Assembly (NCBI GenBank): GCA_016193315.1
Contig: JACPSJ010000001.1
Coordinates: 663,478 to 727,477 of the forward strand
Direction: 5' to 3'
Source: Candidatus Kerfeldbacteria bacterium
GTDB lineage: Bacteria; Patescibacteriota; Patescibacteriia; SBBC01; CAIJZX01
Length of the DNA: 64,000 nt
Position numbers and translations under genes: made by a program. The notes beneath the pieces were generated by a model that made no database searches, had not been told where the DNA came from, and saw only the letters and a program-made list of their open reading frames with translations. This document shows, piece after piece, positions 36,563 through 45,051 of the stretch (positions are counted from its first letter, which is position 1; every line of letters begins with the position of its first letter).

Positions 36563-36751
36563 TGAGCCCATGCGCGGAATTGAACCGCGAACCTACTCCT
36601 TACCCCGCCTGCCACGCGCCTGGAGCCGATGCGCGGATTTGAACCGCGGACCTACTCCTTACCATGGAGTTGCTCTACCAACTGAGCTACATCGGCGCGA
36701 GGCGACTGGCGGGCAGGCGTGGAGTTGCTCTACCAGCTGAGCTACATGGGC
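36563..36751 (-). tRNA. Middle tRNA-Thr(GGT) interrupted in the anticodon loop (5' half 36719-36751, 3' half 36563-36604)
   Basis: Halves nearly identical to the inner gene, with compensatory C4-G69; C at 33 and a damaged CCA end. Confidence 0.8.
36621..36696 (-). tRNA. tRNA-Thr(GGT), intact, nested
   Basis: GCCGATGTAGCTCAGTTGGTAGAGCAACTCCATGGTAAGGAGTAGGTCCGCGGTTCAAATCCGCGCATCGGCTCCA. Confidence 0.97.
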
Positions 36752-36836
36752 CCGGGTTCAGGCCGGTGGGTCTGCCAGCTGCTGACGCTAGTATCCGGCT
36801 TTGCCGGGCGTGTCCGGGAATTACGCGGGCACGAAA

Positions 36837-37727
36837 CTACAATTCGGACAGCCGCTGTTCCCACTCAACGATCTTCGAGTTGTCAGGGTTCTTGGCCTTG
36901 ACTTTGGCAACGGCATCTTCGGCAAACTGCTTCTTTCCATAGCCTAAGGAGACTTCGATCAATTCGTCAAGAACCTTGGGGTTGTTCGGTTCGAGCCGGA
37001 CGGCCTCTTGCACGCTCTGAAACGCGTCGGCCCAATGACCAAGACCTCGTTCAACCTGCGCCAGCTCGAGATAGTAGGTCATGACTGCTCCGTTGAGGGC
37101 AATGGCCTGACGGATTTCCTGTCCGGCCTCTTGGAGGTGGCCGGCGGCGATGTCGGCTTCGGCCAGATGTTCGTAGGTGGCGTCGGAGTCGCCGACCAGT
37201 TTGAGTAGGTACTTATAGACTTCTTTGGCATGACCATATTCTTTCATCCCCAGGTAGAGCTGGCCGAGGAGCTGGAAGGCTGGCACGGACCGGGGATCAA
37301 GTCTGATCGCCTGGAGGACTTTTCCTTCGGCCGCCCGGTACTCTTCGTCTCGGCGGAAGAGTTGGGCTTGGTCGAGCAGCTGAGCGATGTGACGATCCAC
37401 TTTCTGACGCTGGCGTCGATTGAGAAAGATCGGCAGTGACCGGACCTGGTATTCATGCTCCAGGTCGAGTAACTTTCGCTGCGACCGTTTCAGGATAGTG
37501 GTGGCCTGGCGAATGAGCGGCTGGCCGGTGGTGGCCGCCTTGGACCACCAGCTTTGAAACTTCCGCTTCAGACGCTCCTCCAGTAATGAACTCTTCCGGG
37601 CCGCCAATGGGTGGGGGGCGGACTCTCCCCGCAAGGCGGCCAGCAGCGGGAATTTTCGCAGGATGAGCGTCGCCACCCCGGCCAGGCTGAGGAACAGAAC
37701 TAGCAGGGCGATGAAGTCAAGAGACAT
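36837..37727 (-). CDS. Membrane-anchored TPR protein
   Basis: N-terminal TM and TPR-like repeats (AIRLDPRS, AVRLEPNNPK). Confidence 0.85.
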   Translation of the reverse strand: MSLDFIALLVLFLSLAGVATLILRKFPLLAALRGESAPHPLAARKSSLLEERLKRKFQSWWSKAATTGQPLIRQATTILKRSQRKLLDLEHEYQVRSLPIFLNRRQRQKVDRHIAQLLDQAQLFRRDEEYRAAEGKVLQAIRLDPRSVPAFQLLGQLYLGMKEYGHAKEVYKYLLKLVGDSDATYEHLAEADIAAGHLQEAGQEIRQAIALNGAVMTYYLELAQVERGLGHWADAFQSVQEAVRLEPNNPKVLDELIEVSLGYGKKQFAEDAVAKVKAKNPDNSKIVEWEQRLSEL

Positions 37728-37738
37728 CCGGTGTCGTC

Positions 37739-38326
37739 CTAAAGGCTGAGTCGGCTGAAACGCCGAACCTGAATGTTCTCGCCGAGTTTGGCCGTGGCGG
37801 CGTTCAGGAGATCGGCAATCGACTGGGTGTCATCACGGATATATGGTTGTTCAAGGAGACAGACTTCGGCATAAAATTTCTCGAGTTTCCCGGGGACGAT
37901 CCGCGACCACATGGTGGCCGGCTTACCAGCCTGGCGCAGCTGTTGATGGATGATTTCTTCCTCGTGGGCGACCACGGCCGAGGGGATATCGGCTGGTTTC
38001 AAGTACTGAGGGTCAGTCGCCGCGACCTGCATCGCTAGCTCGTGCGCGAGCTGGCGGAAATCGTCGGTCCGGGCGACAAAATCGGTTTCGCAGGCCAGGA
38101 CCACCATCGCCGCGACCCGGCCATTATTGTGCACGTACACCCCGATCGTACCCTCGGTCGTAGTCCGCTCAGACTTTTGCCGCGCGATCTTCTTCCCGGC
38201 CTTCCGTAATTCGGTCGCGGCCCGAGTCAGATTCCCACCCGTTGCTTCAAGCGCCCGCTTCGCTTCCAGGACACCGACGCCGGTTTGCTGACGGAGTTTC
38301 TGAATGTCGGCTGGAGCGATGGTCAT
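37739..38326 (-). CDS. tsf: Elongation factor Ts (short form)
   Basis: IQKLRQQTG, CETDFVART, GENIQVRRF; downstream of rpsB. Confidence 0.96.
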   Translation of the reverse strand: MTIAPADIQKLRQQTGVGVLEAKRALEATGGNLTRAATELRKAGKKIARQKSERTTTEGTIGVYVHNNGRVAAMVVLACETDFVARTDDFRQLAHELAMQVAATDPQYLKPADIPSAVVAHEEEIIHQQLRQAGKPATMWSRIVPGKLEKFYAEVCLLEQPYIRDDTQSIADLLNAATAKLGENIQVRRFSRLSL

Positions 38327-39087
38327 GGGTTTGATACGGTCCGTGCCGTGGCAGCCTCATCGGCCGTGGCCGTGGTCGCCGTGACGGCCGCCTGGGACTG
38401 CTGGAGCTGTTGCTGGCCCGCCATCACGGATTCGACGATGGCATCGGTCAGGAGTTTGATCGATTTCGTGGCATCGTCATTCGCCGGGATCGGGTAGGCA
38501 ATGGCCGCCGGGTTGACGTTCGTATCGCACAGCGCCACGACGGGAATCCCGACCTTTTTGGCTTCGGCCACCGCCGTTTTCTCAGTTTTTATATCGACGA
38601 TGAAAACTGCGGCCGGCAGTGCCTCCATCGACCCCAGGCCGCCAACCAATCGATCGAGACGCTCCAGCTCCCCTTGCAGTCCGAGTTGCTCCTTCTTGGT
38701 GTACTTGGCCCAGCCACCAGCGGCGCGTTCCTCTTTCAAGCGCTGAAGCGTCGCGATCAGCTGACGGACGGTGGCAAAGTTAGTAAATAAGCCCCCAATC
38801 CACCGTTCCACGACGTACGGCATCGACACCCGCTGGGCGGCCTCCTGGATACTGCTTTGCGCCTGGCGTTTGGTACCGACAAACAGGACGGTCTTGCCGT
38901 TGGCTACCAGGTCGCGGAGGAAAGCCGCGGCTCGACCAAGGGCGGCCTGGGTTTGTTCGAGGTTGATAATCGAAATGCCATGGCGCGTGTCGAAGATGGC
39001 TTCAGCCATCTTCGGATGACGGCGACTCTGCTGGTGGCCAAAGTGGACACCATGCTGGAGCATTTCCAAAAGCGTCAATCCTGACAT
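38323..39087 (-). CDS. rpsB: 30S ribosomal protein S2
   Basis: GVHFGH, LFVGTKRQA, RWIGGLFTNF, DTNVNP, IPANDDA. Confidence 0.97.
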   Translation of the reverse strand: MSGLTLLEMLQHGVHFGHQQSRRHPKMAEAIFDTRHGISIINLEQTQAALGRAAAFLRDLVANGKTVLFVGTKRQAQSSIQEAAQRVSMPYVVERWIGGLFTNFATVRQLIATLQRLKEERAAGGWAKYTKKEQLGLQGELERLDRLVGGLGSMEALPAAVFIVDIKTEKTAVAEAKKVGIPVVALCDTNVNPAAIAYPIPANDDATKSIKLLTDAIVESVMAGQQQLQQSQAAVTATTATADEAATARTVSNP

Positions 39088-39263
39088 GACATTCCTTTCT
39101 TCCGCCTGGGGGACGGACCGCTACCCGACATTTTTCCGGTGGCCCCTCAGATTTTTAACCTCGGGGAGGAAGCGGAGTGACCAACTCATAGTGAGTCGGC
39201 CCATCGGGTATGTGAGATGAATAAGATAGACGATGAAGAATAGCTGCCCATTCAGCCGCGACG

Positions 39264-39314
39264 AGTATACCACGGGCTGCCCGGCTTGACAAGGGACGGC
39301 CGCCAGCCTATACT
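39264..39314. promoter_or_regulatory. Back-to-back promoters for rpsB (-) and rpmE (+) with overlapping -35 elements
   Basis: Plus: TTGACA(39286)-17-TATACT. Minus: TTGTCA(39292)-17-TATACT. Confidence 0.65.
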
Positions 39315-39323
39315 CGGCTGGCT

Positions 39324-39620
39324 ATGAAAACTGGCCTCCATCCCGAGTACACCCACCAGGCCAAGATCGAGTGCACCACCTGTGGTCACCGTTGGCAGAC
39401 TGGTTCGACCGTCAAAGAGATGAGGGTTGAGGTCTGTTCGAATTGCCATCCGTTCTTTACCGGCCAGCAACAGATGATCGATACGGCCGGTCGGGTTGAT
39501 CGATTCAAACGGATGACCGCCAAGCACCAGTCCGTCCGTCGGCCGGTTCGGAGCAAGCGCACCAAACTCCAGGCGAAGAAAACTCGCAAGGTGGCCAAGG
39601 CCACGGCGCCCGAAGCTTAA
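39324..39620 (+). CDS. rpmE: 50S ribosomal protein L31
   Basis: [34 protein letters not shown]. Confidence 0.96.
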   Translation: MKTGLHPEYTHQAKIECTTCGHRWQTGSTVKEMRVEVCSNCHPFFTGQQQMIDTAGRVDRFKRMTAKHQSVRRPVRSKRTKLQAKKTRKVAKATAPEA

Positions 39621-39668
39621 CAGCCCACCCCTTCCGTCCGCCAGCCGGACGCGGTCTTAGGTTCGCCG

Positions 39669-40736
39669 ATGTCTATCCCCCGTCAACAAGTCGACCAACT
39701 TCGACGTCAGTACCAGCAGCTGGCGGATGAAGTTAATGATCTGAGCCACGGTAGTGACCCAGCCCGACGGCGATCGGTCGCGAAACGCTATGCCCAAGTG
39801 GCCGAGTTAGTGACGAAAGTCGAGCAGCTGGATGAACTCGAGCGTCAGGTGAGTGAGCTACGAAAAACCGCGGCCGCCGGTGACCCGGAATTGGCCGCGC
39901 TGGTGGCTGAAGAATTGCCCGGAATCCAGGACCAACTAGCCCATCTCGAACGCCACCTCCGGGCCGCCCTCCAGCCGGCCGACCCGTTTGATGGGCGCGA
40001 CATCATTGTCGAGATTCGGGCCGGCGCCGGCGGTCACGAAGCGGCCCTCTTCGCGGCCGAGCTGTTCCGGATGTACTCCCGTTTCGCCGAACGACAGGGG
40101 TGGACCACCAGCCTCTTATCATCTCACCAAACCACACTCGGTGGGTTCAAGGAGGTCATTTTTGAAGTCACCGGCGACGGCGTGTACCGATGGATGAAGT
40201 ATGAGAGTGGCGTTCATCGGGTCCAGCGCGTGCCGGCCACGGAGAAAAGCGGTCGTGTTCATACCTCCACCGTCACCACGGCGGTCATTCCCGAAGCCGA
40301 GGAGGAAGAATTATCCATTGCGCCCCAGGATCTGAAGATTGAAACGTCCACCGCCCGCGGCCACGGCGGCCAATCAGTCAACACCACCTACTCGGCCATT
40401 CGCCTGACGCATGTGCCGACTGGCATCGTCGTCTCGATGCAAGACGAACGCTCGCAGACGCAAAACCGTCTCAAGGCCATGCGGGTACTCCGAGCCAGGT
40501 TGCTGGCCCGCCAAGAGGCAGAACGGCTGGCCCAAGCGTCAGCGCTTCGGAAGCAACAAATTGGCACTGGCCAGCGGGCGGAAAAAATTAGGACGTACAA
40601 CTTCCCCCAAAACCGGGTGACTGACCACCGTCTCAAGGTGACCGTCCACCACCTCGATCGATTCCTCGACGGCGACCTGCGACCGCTCCTTGACCAGCTG
40701 CGACAGGTCGAACAGGCGACTGCGCCCCGCCGATGA
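39669..40736 (+). CDS. prfA: Peptide chain release factor 1
   Basis: EIRAGAGG, ESGVHRVQRVPATE (PxT), GGQSVN, RTYNFPQ. Confidence 0.96.
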   Translation: MSIPRQQVDQLRRQYQQLADEVNDLSHGSDPARRRSVAKRYAQVAELVTKVEQLDELERQVSELRKTAAAGDPELAALVAEELPGIQDQLAHLERHLRAALQPADPFDGRDIIVEIRAGAGGHEAALFAAELFRMYSRFAERQGWTTSLLSSHQTTLGGFKEVIFEVTGDGVYRWMKYESGVHRVQRVPATEKSGRVHTSTVTTAVIPEAEEEELSIAPQDLKIETSTARGHGGQSVNTTYSAIRLTHVPTGIVVSMQDERSQTQNRLKAMRVLRARLLARQEAERLAQASALRKQQIGTGQRAEKIRTYNFPQNRVTDHRLKVTVHHLDRFLDGDLRPLLDQLRQVEQATAPRR

Positions 40737-41566
40737 GACAGACCGTCAGTCAGCTCCTGACCCGGGCGGCCGCCCGGGTCACCACCGTGTCTGACAGTCC
40801 GCGCTTGGACGCCGAGGTCTTGCTGGCTTTCGTCTTGGGGTGGGAACGAACCCGGCTCCTGGCCGCTGGGTCAACCAGGATCAGCCGTCGGGCCGAGGCT
40901 AAATTTGGCCAGCTCATCCAGCGACGAGCCGCCGGCACCCCCGTAGCCTACCTCACGGGGAACAAAGAATTCTTCGGTCTGTCGCTCACGGTTAACCCGA
41001 CGGTCCTGATCCCCCGACCAGCGACCGAACTCTTGGTTGAGGCGGTCTTAACGGCCGTACCAAACGACCAGCCCCTCGTGGTAGCCGACATCGGCACTGG
41101 TTCCGGGGCCATCGCGCTAGCCCTGGCCAAGCAACGACCGCAGTATCGCATGATTGCCACTGACCGGTCGCTGCTAGCACTCCGGACAGCGGCCAGTAAC
41201 GCTGAGCGTCTCGGTTTGTCCGCTCAGGTAGACTTTCGCTTCGGGTCGCTCCTCCAGCCCGTCGGTGGCGAGACCATCGACGTCATCATCGCCAACCTCC
41301 CCTACTTACAACCAAACCAGCTGGATGATCAGACCATCCGGGCCGAACCCGCCATCGCTTTGGACGGCGGTCGGGACGGATTGGCTTGGATCCGGAGCTT
41401 GTGGTCACAAGTCGCTGACCGCCGGGATTGGCGTTGGCTAGCGATTGAATGTGATCCTGGCCAACGATCCACTAGTACCGTCGCGGCCCGGCGCCTTTGG
41501 CCCAAGGCGAAACTTCAAGCCATCTCCGACGGCCGCTGGTGGCACGGGTTCGTCGTCGAGCGCTAA
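40733..41566 (+). CDS. prmC: Release factor glutamine methyltransferase
   Basis: PVAYLTG.KEF, LIPRPATE, DIGTGSGAI, ANLPY, ALDGG.DGL. Confidence 0.94.
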   Translation: MRQTVSQLLTRAAARVTTVSDSPRLDAEVLLAFVLGWERTRLLAAGSTRISRRAEAKFGQLIQRRAAGTPVAYLTGNKEFFGLSLTVNPTVLIPRPATELLVEAVLTAVPNDQPLVVADIGTGSGAIALALAKQRPQYRMIATDRSLLALRTAASNAERLGLSAQVDFRFGSLLQPVGGETIDVIIANLPYLQPNQLDDQTIRAEPAIALDGGRDGLAWIRSLWSQVADRRDWRWLAIECDPGQRSTSTVAARRLWPKAKLQAISDGRWWHGFVVER

Positions 41567-42777
41567 TACGTAACTTGCCGATCGGTCGGGACAACTGAGA
41601 TCCAGATCGGGCCGCGATTGAAGGTAATTGGCCGACCCTGTTGATCCAAGAATGTCGTTCGCTCTTTGGCGGTTGGCTTTTTCCAGGTGCCCTCGACCAC
41701 CTGTCCATCACGGAAGACGAGGGCCCGACCTTCACCTTCAGTCTCCATCTGCAAGCGCTGGCGGTCGCCCGACAAGAGGCCGGTCTTGACAAACATCACC
41801 ACCACCGTCTTGGCCCAAATCTTATCACCGCTGCGGGTGAGGTGATCGCTGTCGCCGAGAAAACGGAAGTACCGATTGAGTTGGGGGTGGTATTTGTAAG
41901 TCACGCGGTAACTGAAGGACGAATACTCGATCACGATGGTCGGGTGGCCAACCGACCGCGCCGACTCGGCCGCGTCATCCTTGAATGGCCACGGTGCATA
42001 CTCAGGCACGAGATCCGGCGCCACCCGTCGGAGGCCGAGGAACAGCATGTCGCTTGACGAATAGAGATTGTGTGGCGCGCGGCGACTTCGTTCGCGCCAA
42101 AAATTGCCGGCGTTATAGAATTGGTTAAAGTTCACTACGCTGGCCTGGCCGGAGCGGAGGTATGCCAAGGCATCCGGACTCCCACCGACGTGTACGTACA
42201 GCGGGCGGTTGTACTCTTCGGCCCAGGCTAGGTAGTACCGCCGGGCCGAGCGGATCGGCCCGAGCTCAGGAATGTTCTGCCCGACTGGGATGAGCGCCAT
42301 GAAGCGCGTGATGCCGCCTTCGGCTAATGCTTCATACACCACGCTGGCCCGGTCCAAGCCCGAAGGCGGCCGCGAGTCAGTCAAGTTTTCAATCATCACC
42401 GCGTAGATATTCGGATTGTCCTTGTTGGTCTCAACCATCACCCCGTCAAGACGCCGCGGGACCAACTGCGCGGTCGGCGCCGGGCGGTTGGTATTAATCA
42501 CTGGCGGGGCCGGGGGTTTAGCGCTCAGCGCAAAGCCAATGATCATGGCTGTAGTCACCACCACCACGCCACCAATCGTGTACCAAGCCCAGGCTGGAAG
42601 CCAAACCCGGCGGCTGGCTGGCTTTTTGAATACCGTCGGCTTCGGTTCCGAGACCCGACCCGTCGTCCCCGCCTCTTGTTCGGCCGCGGCCTGACGTCGG
42701 GCTGGCGTTGTTGGGCTGGACCGACTCGAGGGTTCGTCGTCAGTCGGGACGACCTTGACCGATGTTTTCTTTGGCAT
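41563..42777 (-). CDS. DUF3048 domain protein
   Basis: AVMIEN, SGL..A.VVYE..AEGGITRF, GPIRSAR, APHNLY. Confidence 0.9.
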   Translation of the reverse strand: MPKKTSVKVVPTDDEPSSRSSPTTPARRQAAAEQEAGTTGRVSEPKPTVFKKPASRRVWLPAWAWYTIGGVVVVTTAMIIGFALSAKPPAPPVINTNRPAPTAQLVPRRLDGVMVETNKDNPNIYAVMIENLTDSRPPSGLDRASVVYEALAEGGITRFMALIPVGQNIPELGPIRSARRYYLAWAEEYNRPLYVHVGGSPDALAYLRSGQASVVNFNQFYNAGNFWRERSRRAPHNLYSSSDMLFLGLRRVAPDLVPEYAPWPFKDDAAESARSVGHPTIVIEYSSFSYRVTYKYHPQLNRYFRFLGDSDHLTRSGDKIWAKTVVVMFVKTGLLSGDRQRLQMETEGEGRALVFRDGQVVEGTWKKPTAKERTTFLDQQGRPITFNRGPIWISVVPTDRQVTY

Positions 42778-42783
42778 CTGGCT

Positions 42784-43479
42784 CTATGTTTTACTCTCGG
42801 CCGGGGCGGCGGCACCCGAGGCCGGAGTTTCTTCTTCTCCCTCCGCCTTCTCCTTTGATACTTGCTCGACGGCGGTCACATCTTCTGAGACCGTCGTCTC
42901 CAAAGCCTCAATTTCGGCTTCGCTTCGGGGCGGGCTGACACTAGCGATAATAGTGCTGGGGTCTTCCAAGAAGGTCATTCCTGTCGGCAGGCGGAGGTCG
43001 CGGATACGGAGATGGTCGTCAAACGTCTTGAGCTGGCTAATGTCAACGTCAATCGATGGGACCAAATCGCCTGGCAAGCATGAGACCTTGATCTTGTCGC
43101 CCGCTCGGACGAGGATGCCGCCCAACTCTTTGACGGCCGGTGACTCCCCGGAAAACTGGAGGGCAATGTCCGTTTCCAGCTTTTCGGACATCTTGACCTG
43201 GTAGAAGTCGACGTGCATAACATGCGACGCCAACGGATGGCGTTGGATGGCGTGAATCAGTACCTTGATAGGCTGCTCCTGATCGATAATCAACTCGACC
43301 AGGCTCGAGGTACCGGCCTGCTGGAGAACCCGCTGGAAAGCCTGGCGGTCGATCTCGAGGTTACGGTTGGCGACGCCATGACCATACAGAACCGCCGGGA
43401 CACGGTGGTGCCGGTGCAGTGTTTTGACAACTTTACCGACGGCCGTTCGCTGTCGGGCCTGGAGAACGAGAGCAGTCAT
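42784..43479 (-). CDS. rplY: 50S ribosomal protein L25/CTC
   Basis: VPAVLYGHG, IQRHP, HVDFYQV. Confidence 0.95.
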   Translation of the reverse strand: MTALVLQARQRTAVGKVVKTLHRHHRVPAVLYGHGVANRNLEIDRQAFQRVLQQAGTSSLVELIIDQEQPIKVLIHAIQRHPLASHVMHVDFYQVKMSEKLETDIALQFSGESPAVKELGGILVRAGDKIKVSCLPGDLVPSIDVDISQLKTFDDHLRIRDLRLPTGMTFLEDPSTIIASVSPPRSEAEIEALETTVSEDVTAVEQVSKEKAEGEEETPASGAAAPAESKT

Positions 43480-43502
43480 GTGGGTTCCTTGGTCGTTCGC
43501 GG

Positions 43503-43844
43503 TCAGAGTCGACCAGTTTGCCAATCAAGCCAGGAGTGGTCGCCCTGCTTCATCCAGGCGTAGAGGTCAACCACGTCATCGGCGGTCACGTCAGCCTGGA
43601 AAGCGGCGACTTCTTGGCTGGTCAGATCGGTGACGGTACCAATCGACGACAGGCCGCTGGAGCCGGTGGTCACCACCGCCACCACCGAGCTGCCGCATTG
43701 CCGACACTCCAGGTACAGCAAATGCGCATCATCCCGCTCGGCCATGATCTGTGTCTTGAGCGGGTTGTAATTCGCCTGGCAGAGTGGGCAAGCGGTCAGA
43801 ATCTGCATACTGCCAGGACCAGTTTGTGGTGCCTCAGCGTACAT
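43503..43844 (-). CDS. Zinc-ribbon hypothetical protein
   Basis: CPLC...CRQC and TDLTSQE motifs. Confidence 0.75.
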   Translation of the reverse strand: MYAEAPQTGPGSMQILTACPLCQANYNPLKTQIMAERDDAHLLYLECRQCGSSVVAVVTTGSSGLSSIGTVTDLTSQEVAAFQADVTADDVVDLYAWMKQGDHSWLDWQTGRL

Positions 43845-43934
43845 AAAGGTGACGCGGTGTTTCTATTATACCCCAAGAATCGCTCTCCCGTCAAGGCGAT
43901 AGTGTGATTGCCACCAGTCGCGGACTGGCCATAC

Positions 43935-45047
43935 CTAGAGCGGCGTGGTCCGGTGGCGAATGATCATGCTTTCGAGCAAGCCGATCGCCATCAAGCTGAC
44001 TATCAGCGAGCTGCCGCCGTAACTGAGGAATGGCAGCGGTAAACCGGTGACGGGGAACAGACCGAGGTTCATCAAAATATTAATGCCAGCTTGGAGAAAT
44101 AGGATATTGCCCAGGGCCAAGGCCAACAAGAGGCTAAAGTTATCCTGGGCCTGGCGAATCAACCGGACCAGGCGCCAGAAAAGCAACCCGAACAGGCCGA
44201 CGATAGCTAGGCTGCCGACCAACCCCAGCTCTTCGGTGATCGAGGCAAAAATAAAGTCCGTCTGGCGTTCCGGCAGAAAATTCAGCTGGGATTGCGTACC
44301 CAGCCCGAGGCCGCGCCCAAAGACTTGCCCCGCCCCGATGGCGGTCACCGACTGCCGCACGTTGTAGCCGCCGCCCAGTGGATCCCGCCCGGGAAAGAAT
44401 AGGTTGCGCACCCGCTCCTGCTGGTACGGCTGGAGGAGCGCTCCCCAGGTCAGGAAAGCGAGGCCGACCAGGACCAGACCCACCATCACCATGCGGCGAC
44501 GAGGGATCGGCATGGTAAACAAGAGCACGACCCAGAGCCCGAGCAGGATCGAGGCCGAACCATAGTCGGGCTGAGCCATGACTAACCCGACCGGCAGGGC
44601 GACGATCAGCGCGCTGGTGAGCACCAAGCGCCACCGACCACTGTCGGCTAGGTGGTCAGCGAAGTATTTAGCCAGGACCACCGCCACGATGAGCTTGACG
44701 AGTTCAACCGGCTGGAACTGAAGACCGGCGACCTCGAACCAGCCAGTCGTACCACGAACCGTGGTCCCCAGGTAGCGTACGGCGACCAGAAGCGCTAGCC
44801 CCAAACCGTATAGCAACCAGTGCAACCCGGCCAGATAGCGATAATCCAGGCGGGCTAAGCCGAGGGCCAGGCCCAGTCCAATGACCGCGAAAGAGGATTG
44901 CCGCACGAACAAAGTATAGTCCGGTTGACCTTCATGGAGGGAGAAGCTGTAGAGTGCCGCCAAGCCAAACAAAACGAGGATGACGACGATGGTCAACAGA
45001 CCCAAGTCGAGACCGCGCGCTAACTGTCGAACACCGAGCGTCGGCAT
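43935..45047 (-). CDS. rodA: SEDS peptidoglycan polymerase RodA
   Basis: FQPVELVK, QPDYGS, YQQERV, LPERQTDFIF, TGLPLPFLSYGGSS. Confidence 0.93.
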   Translation of the reverse strand: MPTLGVRQLARGLDLGLLTIVVILVLFGLAALYSFSLHEGQPDYTLFVRQSSFAVIGLGLALGLARLDYRYLAGLHWLLYGLGLALLVAVRYLGTTVRGTTGWFEVAGLQFQPVELVKLIVAVVLAKYFADHLADSGRWRLVLTSALIVALPVGLVMAQPDYGSASILLGLWVVLLFTMPIPRRRMVMVGLVLVGLAFLTWGALLQPYQQERVRNLFFPGRDPLGGGYNVRQSVTAIGAGQVFGRGLGLGTQSQLNFLPERQTDFIFASITEELGLVGSLAIVGLFGLLFWRLVRLIRQAQDNFSLLLALALGNILFLQAGINILMNLGLFPVTGLPLPFLSYGGSSLIVSLMAIGLLESMIIRHRTTPL

Positions 45048-45051
45048 CCGG

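Larger units (their letters stand above)
36491..36799 (-). pseudogene. Outermost degenerate tRNA-Thr(GGT), split (36771-36799 and 36491-36546)
   Basis: Plus-strand tggagccgatg...cttaccatggcgttgc and tctgccagctg...gcta...ccggc align with the intact Thr gene with indels. Confidence 0.65.

Noticed and set aside
34272-36799. Repeated tggagcc units as a CRISPR array
   Set aside because: The repeats are tRNA 3' ends with irregular spacing, and no cas genes are present in the window.
36430-36942. Short ORFs with repeated MELLYQLSY / EPRTYSLP peptides
   Set aside because: They are antisense translations of the nested tRNA-Thr copies, not proteins.
37739-38326. EF-Ts appears truncated (195 aa)
   Set aside because: The short form is a known natural variant and both termini are intact.
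40733-41566. PrmC has NLPY instead of NPPY
   Set aside because: A common variant; all other motifs and the prfA linkage are normal.
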